From the NCBI GenBank assembly GCA_965262715.1, contig OZ253553.1, positions 2,720,001 through 2,784,000 of the forward strand: DNA of 64,000 nt, written 5' to 3'. Positions 30,886-39,712 of the stretch are shown here, one piece after another. The notes under the pieces were generated by a model. It had not been told where the DNA came from. It ran no database searches and saw only the letters and a list, made by a program, of their open reading frames with translations. This stretch comes from Bdellovibrionales bacterium. Lineage in GTDB: Bacteria > Bdellovibrionota > Bdellovibrionia > Bdellovibrionales > JAUICD01. The position numbers and the translations under genes were made by a program. The stretch's first letter is position 1. Each line of letters starts with the position of its first letter.

Positions 30886-30959
30886 AGTCATTCATAGTTT
30901 ATCCATTTAATGTCACTTATATATAATAACTTCTGCTAATGAATATCTCATTTGACAGC

Positions 30960-31036
30960 TTGATGTTTATGGCAGAGGATCGTTCTTCCGCAGAGCTTTA
31001 GCTTGAGGACTACTTTGGCTTTGCCATAAACATCAA
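30960..31036. repeat. Long hairpin inside the IS30 3' region with the GTCCTC..TGCGGAAGA core (minus strand)
   Basis: TTGATGTTTATGGCAGAG...CTTTGCCATAAACATCAA. Confidence 0.7.
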
Positions 31037-31485
31037 AATACATTCATTCAAATTAAATAATTTACAATAATCTTTCATGATAATTAAAACTTTGTTGGAA
31101 TATTAATCCTAAAGTGATACAACTTTTAAAAATATCTATAAACACAAAAGAGTTGCACTTGCGATTTGAAGTTACGAGAACTTTTAATCCTATTTTTTGG
31201 ATTAAAGAGCTTCTTGACTTTATTGTTGGTATTCCTTTTTATTTCTTAAGAAAATCAGGCTTCAATAGTAGTTTGGAAGAAACTTTTCTAGCAAGAATCA
31301 TAAAACTTATAATGTATCTTGTTTCATTAATATCAGGAGTTTCGTTTATTGTAGATAAATTTTTGGGAATGTAAAAACAATTTATTGTAATTACTTTTTA
31401 ATGATTATAAGAATAATTAAAGTTTATTTTAAAGGCATATCAATATCACTTGCATGCTTTTTTGATTAAAGAAGGGATAATATTT

Positions 31486-32086
31486 ATGATTCAAGATCAT
31501 CAAGACAATCCATTAAAGGGTTTCTTAAAAGAGCCTAGAAATAAACAAGAAAGAATATTGTTAAAAGAATATAGACGAACTTTTCAAGGCAAGGAACTTA
31601 CTAAGAAGGGAATAGAACTTATATATGTTAATATTCTTGCTTTGTTGTATGAGAAGACTAGAACTACAGAAGAAATATCAGAAGAAACAAGTCTTAATCA
31701 ATATAAGCATCAAACTTCGATAGCTAAAACTTTCCTTAAGAATTTAAAAGATCAAAATCATGTTAATGAAAGAAAAAGAAGAAAGTTTATGGAAAATTAC
31801 AGATAAGGGCCATGAGTTTTTATCAAAACACAGACAAAAAAATGATCCATACAATAGCTATCAGTCTTATGTTAATTACTTCCTAAAGTTAGGTGAGCAA
31901 GAGCCGATACTTTTAAATCCATCACGTGTAACCAATAAAAAATCTCAGATAAGTTCAAGTACTAAAAGTCGATATAGAAAAGGAGTCAAGGACTTTTTAT
32001 TATTTTATGAGCATTATAAAGACCCAAATAATAGAAAGAAAAAAGAAGTTTTTGAGAAAGCAAAGGAAAAAAGGAAGGGCTTTTAG
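31486..32086 (+). pseudogene. Hypothetical protein split into two overlapping ORFs (probable frameshift at ~31780)
   Basis: ORFs 31450-31806 and 31760-32086 overlap; RBS before ATG 31486. Confidence 0.5.
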
Positions 32087-32230
32087 AATAAAGAACCACT
32101 TTGTTGTAAAATATTAGCTTTAATATTTTATTTTTATAAGTGTCGACTTAAAAAAAAATGTAAAAGAAAATATGTGGCAAAAACAATTAAGTATCTATCA
32201 TTTTACAAGGATAGCTTTTATATTCCGTCT

Positions 32231-33343
32231 TTATTGGCACTTGCTTTGAATTTGCAGGACTTCTTTTTCTGAAAGCCCTGTTGCTTTACTTATGGCTTGT
32301 ATATCCATATCAGTTGTTTTTAGAAGATTTACAGCAACTTTCTGCAATCCTTTCTGCAATCCTTCCTGTAAACCTTTCTGTAATCCTTTCTGTAAACCTT
32401 CCTGCAATCCTTTCTGCAATCCTTTCTGCAATCCTTTCTGCAATCCTTTCTGCAATCCTTTCTGCAATCCTTCCTGTTGAGCTTCTTGCCTTATGCGATC
32501 TCTCATCATTTGTAATGCTGGCATTGTTCTTTTCTCCTCTGATACATTCTTTTCTTCTATCTCTTGTAAAATATTCCAAGTAAAGCTTGGATCACAAAGT
32601 CTCACACAATCAACAGCCCTTTCCATTAAAAAGATACGGTCTTCTTTATTAGCAAGCTTATTGGATAACTTAAACAAATCTCCAATGATCTGCTCATCTA
32701 AGTTCCATACACTTTTTAGTATAAACAAAATCGTCCCAGATAGCAACTCCTTTGAGCTTAATTCCGCTATTCCTAAATCATTTAAGTTTAATAATCTATA
32801 CTTATAATTTAAAACATTCTCACCAAAAGCCTTTTTAAGCTCTAAAGACTTAAAATTCAAATAATCATGGAAACTCAAAGGCAAATTCCATCCACTTTTA
32901 CCAGAGTAAACCAACACAGGGATCACTATGGATGGAGCTTTACGTTTTCCACTCTTAACATCTTTACTGTCTTTCTCGTAAATACTTGTCTGATACTTAA
33001 GAAACTGTAAAAAAATATCTGAGTCATTATAGGATTTATGCTCAAAAAGGAAAATAATTTCTACAATCTCATCTGAATTTTTCATCTTCACTGAAAAAAT
33101 CACATCAGCTCTCTGCTCCCTAAACACTTTATCTACAAAGACAGTCACTTTTGACTGTAGAGTTTTCCAATCAAAAAGATCAAATTCTTCAGGAGTTAAA
33201 ACCAAACGAAACAGGTCTAAGACATACCGCTCTTTGCTATAAACTTCATAAAACAAATGATTGAAAATGTGAAAAACTTCACGTTTCAACTCTTGTTTGT
33301 TTTTTGGAAATTTTGTCTTTTTATACTTAGAGTTTGCCATCAC
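32231..33343 (-). CDS. Rpn/YhgA-like nuclease, intact; internal RpnS-like start at 32524
   Basis: RADVIFSV, LFEHKSY, IPVLVYSG..W motifs; 11 GLQ(K/E) repeats; AGAGG RBS before GTG 33343. Confidence 0.9.
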   Translation of the reverse strand: MMANSKYKKTKFPKNKQELKREVFHIFNHLFYEVYSKERYVLDLFRLVLTPEEFDLFDWKTLQSKVTVFVDKVFREQRADVIFSVKMKNSDEIVEIIFLFEHKSYNDSDIFLQFLKYQTSIYEKDSKDVKSGKRKAPSIVIPVLVYSGKSGWNLPLSFHDYLNFKSLELKKAFGENVLNYKYRLLNLNDLGIAELSSKELLSGTILFILKSVWNLDEQIIGDLFKLSNKLANKEDRIFLMERAVDCVRLCDPSFTWNILQEIEEKNVSEEKRTMPALQMMRDRIRQEAQQEGLQKGLQKGLQKGLQKGLQKGLQEGLQKGLQKGLQEGLQKGLQKVAVNLLKTTDMDIQAISKATGLSEKEVLQIQSKCQ

Positions 33344-33613
33344 AAAACCTCTTAACTGACTATGAACCTTATTAAATGTAAAATCCTTAATCAAATGAAA
33401 ACTTCTACTTGCATCATAACTTAATTTCAAAAATATAAAAAAATACTCATCAAAGCCTCTCTAGATAAATCCTTCTACAACAAGGCCTCTGAAAAGTACA
33501 GTTCTTCGAGTCCATATTTCATTAGAAATGAAATGGTAAGATATTAGTTTTTTAAGACTTTGTTTTGCTTTCTCTAAAAAAACAGTATTCTCTCTAAAAC
33601 TCTCATATAAAAT

Positions 33614-33900
33614 CTATTGTTTAGATTTTTCTTGGAGTTTGAATATTTTTTCTTTTGAGAAACCAGTGATTTCAAGTACTTTTTCTACACTCATATCAGC
33701 ATGTAGAAGCTTTAATAAAATTTTTTCGATTTCTTGCCTTCCTTTTTTGAAGACCTCTTCATGAATTTTGAGGGCTTCTTCACGGACAAAGTTTTCTCTA
33801 CTTAGCCCTATCCCTTTTCTTTCTTATCAATTGCTTCTAAATATTCTCTTAAAACCTCATCTTGAGATAGGTTCCAAAAATGTTTCACTGCTTTTGCCAT
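33614..33900 (-). pseudogene. Frameshifted stand-alone RpnS-like module
   Basis: AAAGGAAAAAGT-ATG MAKAVKHFWNLSQDEVLREY..; length is not a multiple of 3. Confidence 0.75.
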
Positions 33901-33911
33901 ACTTTTTCCTT

Positions 33912-34868
33912 TTATATTTCCCTAAGCTTTTCTAACTCTTCCTTACTCAGTTTTGTAGAATCAAGAATAACTTGAATATCAATCCCATTTTTTAACATAT
34001 TTAAGGCGACTTTCTCTATCCCTTTTTCTATTCCTTTCTGTTGTCCTTCTCTTCGGGCTAGATTTTCTGCGCTAATTCTATCTCTTTCTCTTTTATCAAA
34101 CGCATCTATATATTCTTGTAAAGCCTCATCTTGGGATAAGTTCCAAAGATGTTTCACTGCTTTTGCCATATCTTCTCCTTTATTTTCCAAACTCTTATAT
34201 TCAGTATCATTCATTTTATATGAATTCTTTAATAAATAACACCATGACTCTCTTATATCATACAATTGCTTCACATTTTTATCAAATTTCCCTAATTCTA
34301 TGATAACAAAACATAATCCATTTGACATTAATACATGAGGAGGAGTGATCCGACAAATGTTACAAATATGGTGGTAGTCTTTAACATTTTTAAATTCTTT
34401 TAAATTCTTCGTTATGAAAACTAATGAGTACACGGGAAGTAACTTATCATAATCACTACCTTTTTTTAATTGTTGAGAATAAAGCCTACATGCATATACC
34501 AATGCTCTATCTGTAAAATAAGGTTTTGATACTGTTTGCATCTCTACATTTACAATCTCTGTTTCCTGGGTACCTGATTGTGTGTTCCTTTTTAAATGCA
34601 TTCTCAAGTCGAGAACAAATCTTCTACCAGATTCTTCACCTTTTATAACAGAAGGAGTATCAGGATGAAGATCAGGATCTAAAACGTCTACTTTTATAAC
34701 TTCTGAATGTTTTGGAAGTGGCAAAAAATGTGTGAGTAGTGATTTTAAAGCTTCTTCATTGCCTTTAAAATAGGTTTTAAAAGCTGCGTCATTTGTTAAT
34801 TTTAAAAAATGAGACTTTTTTAAAAATTCCTCAATATCTAATAACTGATGTTGATTACTTGAACCCAT
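33912..34868 (-). CDS. Rpn family PD-(D/E)XK_2 nuclease, intact; internal RpnS-like start at 34169
   Basis: NDAAFK, LDL, NVEMQ, DRALVY, IELGKF motifs. Confidence 0.9.
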   Translation of the reverse strand: MGSSNQHQLLDIEEFLKKSHFLKLTNDAAFKTYFKGNEEALKSLLTHFLPLPKHSEVIKVDVLDPDLHPDTPSVIKGEESGRRFVLDLRMHLKRNTQSGTQETEIVNVEMQTVSKPYFTDRALVYACRLYSQQLKKGSDYDKLLPVYSLVFITKNLKEFKNVKDYHHICNICRITPPHVLMSNGLCFVIIELGKFDKNVKQLYDIRESWCYLLKNSYKMNDTEYKSLENKGEDMAKAVKHLWNLSQDEALQEYIDAFDKRERDRISAENLARREGQQKGIEKGIEKVALNMLKNGIDIQVILDSTKLSKEELEKLREI

Positions 34869-34909
34869 AATTTATGCCCTCCTAAAATGAAAAATCTAAT
34901 AGGAATACA

Positions 34910-35005
34910 AGCAAAATACATGCCAAGCTAAAAGCAGGAATAAACAAAGTTTCAGATTTAAAATACAAGATATTGTCCAACAACTTGGACATCGAATCCG
35001 GACTT
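34910..35005 (-). promoter_or_regulatory. Rpn leader: sigma54-type promoter plus upstream palindromes
   Basis: TTGGCATGTATTTTGCT; TGTCCAACAACTTGGACA at 34974-34991. Confidence 0.65.
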
Positions 35006-35080
35006 CATACATCCAATCATCCAAACACAAATTGTTTATTCGTCTTAGAACTAAAATAGGGAAGAATCAAACATTTATAA

Positions 35081-35096
35081 TTGACAAATTTGTCAA
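35081..35096. promoter_or_regulatory. Perfect 16-bp palindrome, likely operator of the downstream gene pair
   Basis: TTGACAAATTTGTCAA, ~55 bp before 35153. Confidence 0.5.
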
Positions 35097-35152
35097 GATT
35101 TAATAAAGTAAAATTGGACATATTATAACTGAGATAGAAATAAAGTTGAAAA

Positions 35153-35437
35153 ATGAGTATTAGGACTGAGTATGTATTAGCTGTGGAGATCAACAATCGA
35201 AGATTTTCACGAGTTATCATTGATCAACATTATCAATTAAATCATCCGGAGATGAATGATCATTTGATTCTTGAACTTCATGGAGGTCACTTTTTAATAG
35301 AAGAGAAAAAAGATGAATTTGAATATTTTACTGTTGAACCTATTTTTTATAAAAATAATCCTTATAGGCTGGTTCTTTTGTTACATGTCCATGATCATTT
35401 TTTAGGAGTTATTAATGCTTTTAAAGTTAGGAGATAA
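35153..35437 (+). CDS. Hypothetical protein, putative TA toxin
   Basis: 94 aa, 5 bp upstream of an HTH gene. Confidence 0.55.
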   Translation: MSIRTEYVLAVEINNRRFSRVIIDQHYQLNHPEMNDHLILELHGGHFLIEEKKDEFEYFTVEPIFYKNNPYRLVLLLHVHDHFLGVINAFKVRR

Positions 35438-35442
35438 TTAAT

Positions 35443-35754
35443 ATGAAAAAGTTTCCATCTGTTCGAGATACTGAATATGTTAGAAAAAAAATGGATAAAG
35501 GGATTGCTTCTCGTCCTCTTTCTAAAAATGCAAATAGTGTAGATAAAACTAAGTTTAAACTATGTGAAAAATTTGTTATTTATAAAAACACTCATAATAT
35601 TACTCAAAAAGCGTTAGCAGAAAAAATTGGTATTGATGAAGCTTTGGTCAGTAAAATTTTACACTATCATTTTGATGAGTTTTCTACAGACAGATTGATT
35701 AAATATTTATCAAAAATTTATCCAAAGATCGAATTAAAAATAGATGTCGCTTAA
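35443..35754 (+). CDS. XRE-family HTH protein, putative antitoxin
   Basis: ITQKALAEKIGIDEALVSKIL..FSTDRLIKYL. Confidence 0.8.
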   Translation: MKKFPSVRDTEYVRKKMDKGIASRPLSKNANSVDKTKFKLCEKFVIYKNTHNITQKALAEKIGIDEALVSKILHYHFDEFSTDRLIKYLSKIYPKIELKIDVA

Positions 35755-35857
35755 AAAAGTCATCTAATAATTTCAATATCAACGGTAGACTTGCTCACTA
35801 GCAACATATATGAACCTCAAAGCTACCTATTATTTTGTGTTTTGCATGAAGAATAAC

Positions 35858-36406
35858 CTAAGCAACTTTTTTGACTTTGAATTTATAGTCTTGATACCAT
35901 ACATTAAAATCATATTTAACATGCCGATAATATGTCTCTCGTGTTTTCTCATTTTGAGATGGCCTGCCACTGCTGTTTGTTGTTCTTTGTTTACCAGCTT
36001 TCTCTAGGAAATGGTTAATAGCACTGACATGGTCTCCACAGATTTCAGAATTTTGCCAGAAGTCTTTTTTATATTCTTCTACAATATCGTGTATTGTTTC
36101 ATCGGTTTGATCTAAAAAATGAGGATCAAGGGGATTATTTTCTTGAATTATACTTGTTTTTGAAGATTGTTTTGGCTGACGATTCAATAAATCTTGTAAC
36201 CACCAAATAGCAGATTGATGGTTTTGTTTAGTTGACTTAGCAAGGCTATTGTCTTCATTTATATAATCTTCTAACCTACGGTTTATGTCACTTTTATTTT
36301 GTTTAAGAAAGTCAAATAGTGTTTCATCTTCCTTTAGGCAAGACTTGATAAAACTAGGTAAATAATCATTAAAATAAGAATTAAGTGAGTTTTTTTGTAT
36401 TGTCAT
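35858..36406 (-). CDS. Hypothetical protein
   Basis: ORF with a 61-bp leader shared with gene 31486. Confidence 0.65.
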   Translation of the reverse strand: MTIQKNSLNSYFNDYLPSFIKSCLKEDETLFDFLKQNKSDINRRLEDYINEDNSLAKSTKQNHQSAIWWLQDLLNRQPKQSSKTSIIQENNPLDPHFLDQTDETIHDIVEEYKKDFWQNSEICGDHVSAINHFLEKAGKQRTTNSSGRPSQNEKTRETYYRHVKYDFNVWYQDYKFKVKKVA

Positions 36407-36560
36407 AAATATTACCCCTTCTTTAATCAAAAAAGCACACAAGTGATATTGATATGCCTTTAATTTGTAATTGTAAAATTATTTAAGAAATAAGCCATCA
36501 AGATGTACAGAACTGTTTTGCTCGACTTATCTTTTAATATAACATTTAAGATGTGATTTA

Positions 36561-36670
36561 GTCAACAATTTATTATGAGGCAACACGGGGTTACCCTTCC
36601 CTTCGAGCTAGATTTTCTGCGCTAATTCAAACGCATCTATATATTCTTGTAAAGCCTCATCTTGAGATAT
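36561..36670. mobile_element. Solo right end of the ISNCY-like element (36561-36587) abutting an Rpn C-terminal fragment
   Basis: AACAATTTATTATGAGGCAACACG matches the end at 23775; then CTTCGAGCTAGATTTTCTGCGCTAATTC.. Confidence 0.65.
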
Positions 36671-36840
36671 GATTTTCAATATCAAATTGAAAAACTGACC
36701 ACTAGAGGTATTAAAAAGAGAATTTTATCATCAGAAGAATTTAATTTTTATATCTTTGCATAAAAATTTGAAATACACTATAAACTTTAGTATTTTCTAT
36801 ATAGTTCGTATTTTAAAAAAAGAAGGCAGGTTAGAGAGTT

Positions 36841-38469
36841 ATGACAAAAGAGCAACCATTAGCAGGTATAGAAAAAGAGCTATGGCAAGCAGCAGATAAG
36901 TTGAGAGCTAACATGGATGCTTCTCAATATAAGGATATTGTTTTGGGGCTTATCTTTCTTAAGTATATTTCTGATAAATTTGATGAGTTTAGGGAAAAAC
37001 TTAAATCTGATCTTACAAATCCTCAACATGAGCACCATTTGCCTGATGCAAGTCAAGATGACATAGAGTTTGAATTAGAAGAGAGAGACTATTATAAGGC
37101 CAACACTATTTTTTGGGTACCTGCCCCTGCTAGATGGCATGGAAATAAAAATACAGAAGTAAAGGGTATTCAAGACAAGGCCAAGCAGTCAGATATTGGT
37201 AAAATCATTGATGATGCTATGGTAGCTATTGAAAGAGAAAATCCTAAATTAAAAAATGTACTTCCTAAAATTTTTACTCAGAGAGGAGTTAATATAAGGC
37301 TTGGAGAACTTATTGATTTGATCTCAAAGATTGGATTTAATAGCTCAGATCATCATGCGAAAGACATCTTAGGTCATGTTTACGAGTATTTTTTAGGACA
37401 ATTTGCTTCTGCTGAAGGCAAAAGAGGAGGACAGTTTTACACACCTAGGAGTGTGGTCAATTTAATTGTTGAATGTTTAGAACCTTATAACGGAAGAGTT
37501 TATGATCCAGCAGTTGGTTCTGGAGGTTTCTTTGTCTCTAGTAAACGGTTTATTGAATCTCATACAGATAAAAAGCATATCAACAAAGCTAAAAGGGACA
37601 TATCACTTTTTGGACAGGAGTCTAATCCTACCACTTGGAGACTTGCAGCTATGAATATGGCTATTCGTGGAATTGAGGTAGATTTAGGCAAACAAAATGC
37701 TGATACTTTTACAAATAATCAACATCTTGATTTAAAAGCTGACTTTGTGATGGCCAATCCTCCTTTCAATATGAGTGATTGGGGAGGGGATCAGCTAACT
37801 GATGATAGAAGGTGGAAATATGGTATGCCTCCCAAAGCGAATGCCAATTTTGCTTGGATTCAGCACATTATCTATCATCTCTCTCCTAGAGGCTATGCAG
37901 GAGTTGTCTTAGCTAATGGTTCAATGTCTTCTAATACGAGCAACGAGGGAGTTATTAGAAAAAATCTCCTTGAGGCTGATATTGTGGATTGTATGATTGC
38001 TTTGCCGGGACAATTATTTTTCAATACGCAAATTCCTGCTTGTATATGGATCATGGCCAAAGACAAGTCGGGGAAAAAGGATGATAGGCGCAGTAGAAAA
38101 AATGAAGTTCTTTTTATTGATGCTAGGAATATGGGGGAGATGATCAGTCGTGTTCAAAGGGCTTTTTCAGATAAAGATATTTTGCAGTTAGCTAGCATTT
38201 ATCATACTTGGCGTAATAAGGATAAGGGATATAGTGATCAGGCGGGGCTTTGTAAATCGGTCACATTAGAGGAGATCAAGTCTCATGATTATGTATTAAC
38301 TCCTGGAAGGTATGTTGGTATAGCGGAGGTCAAAGATGATGGTATTCCTTTTCATAAAAAGATGGAGAAATTGACTGGAGAGTTAAGAGATAGTTTTATT
38401 GAATCTAAAAAGTTAGAAAAGCAAATTAAGAAAAATCTTACAGGTATTGGGTTTAAGATAGATTTATGA
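36841..38469 (+). CDS. hsdM: Type I R-M methyltransferase subunit
   Basis: LWQAADKLR, GGQFYTP, YDPAVGSGGF and ANPPFN motifs. Confidence 0.95.
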   Translation: MTKEQPLAGIEKELWQAADKLRANMDASQYKDIVLGLIFLKYISDKFDEFREKLKSDLTNPQHEHHLPDASQDDIEFELEERDYYKANTIFWVPAPARWHGNKNTEVKGIQDKAKQSDIGKIIDDAMVAIERENPKLKNVLPKIFTQRGVNIRLGELIDLISKIGFNSSDHHAKDILGHVYEYFLGQFASAEGKRGGQFYTPRSVVNLIVECLEPYNGRVYDPAVGSGGFFVSSKRFIESHTDKKHINKAKRDISLFGQESNPTTWRLAAMNMAIRGIEVDLGKQNADTFTNNQHLDLKADFVMANPPFNMSDWGGDQLTDDRRWKYGMPPKANANFAWIQHIIYHLSPRGYAGVVLANGSMSSNTSNEGVIRKNLLEADIVDCMIALPGQLFFNTQIPACIWIMAKDKSGKKDDRRSRKNEVLFIDARNMGEMISRVQRAFSDKDILQLASIYHTWRNKDKGYSDQAGLCKSVTLEEIKSHDYVLTPGRYVGIAEVKDDGIPFHKKMEKLTGELRDSFIESKKLEKQIKKNLTGIGFKIDL

Positions 38470-38858
38470 ACATAACTTCTTTAAAACAATCAGTTCAAGA
38501 TTTAGAAAGAGCGTTAGAAATCTGTTATAAGAATACAGAAAACGGTGTACTTAAGGACGCTTGTATTTACAGATTTAAAAACACTTATGAGATCACTGTT
38601 AGAATGATAAAAAGGTATTTAAAGGAAACTTCAAGCAATCCTTTTGAAATTGAAAAACTAACTTTCAATCAAATGATCAGCAAAGCTTTTGAGGCTTCTA
38701 TTATTAAATTAGAGTTTGAAGATTGGAAAAAATTTAGGGATTGTCGCATAAAAGTTAGTGAAAGTTATCAAGAGGAAGTAGTAGATGAAATTTTAAAAGA
38801 GGTTCCATTTTTTTTAAAAGAAGTTAAGTACCTCATCAGTCGTCTTGACAAAAACTGA
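38466..38858 (+). CDS. HI0074-type HEPN protein lacking the R-X4-H motif
   Basis: DACIYRFKNTYE..W..FRDCRIKVSESY; ATGA overlap with hsdM. Confidence 0.8.
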   Translation: MNITSLKQSVQDLERALEICYKNTENGVLKDACIYRFKNTYEITVRMIKRYLKETSSNPFEIEKLTFNQMISKAFEASIIKLEFEDWKKFRDCRIKVSESYQEEVVDEILKEVPFFLKEVKYLISRLDKN

Positions 38859-38876
38859 AACAGGAGGAACAAAGCA

Positions 38877-39284
38877 ATGAATAAATACGAAAAGTTTCAA
38901 AAAGCTTTAAAGCATTTAGAGCGAAGAAATACAGAATATAAGAACATAGATGAACAGTCTCAATGGATAAGGGAATCTATTATAGAATCTGTTATCCAAA
39001 GGTTTGAAGTTTGTTGTGATTGTTTGTAGAAGGCTTTGAAGGCTTATTTAGAAGAGAATTTAAAAGATTCTAAGATTCCAAATAGCCCTAAACCAATTTT
39101 TGAAATAGTTTGTGAAAAAAACATTTTAAGTGTGCCTAAAGAACAATGGCATAAATATATAGATATGAGAGATGCCACTAGCCATGACTACAATCATCAA
39201 AAAGCTCAAAGAGCAATAGATATAATAGATGGTTTTACTGATGATACCACTGGTCTTTATCAAACAATGACAGGTCAAACATAG
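38877..39284 (+). pseudogene. HI0074-type HEPN protein with an in-frame TAG at 39027
   Basis: ESVIQRFEVC..*KALK..RDATSHDY; AGGAGG RBS. Confidence 0.8.
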
Positions 39285-39292
39285 GAGTTAAA

Positions 39293-39712
39293 ATGCTTAA
39301 TTTATCATCATTAGAGAGTGCTATCAATGAGCTTGAATATTTTTTAAATTCTTATGACTCTAAGGAACATCAAGGAGATCCAAAAATAGTACGTATAGCA
39401 GCTATTAAAGCTTTTGAGTTTACTTATGAGCTAACTTTTAAAATGATGGAGCGTTATTTAAGGGAGAGCGCAGCAAGTGTTGATGATTTTAAAAGCGCAA
39501 CTTTTAAATTAATTATTCGAAAGGCTTATGCAGCCTCTATCACAAGTAAGGCAATTGAAGAATGGGAGGAATTTAGAGAAAATAGGAACAAAACAAGCCA
39601 TACATATAAAGAGAAGATAGCAATAGAAGTTTTTGAAAAGATTCCTGCTTTTTTAGAGGAAGCTCGGTATATATTAAAACAGTTAAAAGAGAGGATAAAA
39701 CATCTTGAGTAA
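39293..39712 (+). CDS. HI0074-type HEPN RNase toxin with intact motif
   Basis: AAIKAFEFTYEL..W..RENRNKTSHTY (R-X4-H). Confidence 0.85.
   Translation: MLNLSSLESAINELEYFLNSYDSKEHQGDPKIVRIAAIKAFEFTYELTFKMMERYLRESAASVDDFKSATFKLIIRKAYAASITSKAIEEWEEFRENRNKTSHTYKEKIAIEVFEKIPAFLEEARYILKQLKERIKHLE

Larger units (their letters stand above)
29833..31176 (+). mobile_element. IS30-family insertion sequence, ~1344 bp
   Basis: TIRs TGTGGATTCAAGTCGTAAGTGCAACTC / CGTAACTTCAAATCGCAAGTGCAACTC; no clean TSD seen. Confidence 0.9.

Noticed and set aside
31114..31374. 86-aa ORF
   Set aside because: It begins inside the IS30 right end; at most the 3' remnant of a disrupted gene.
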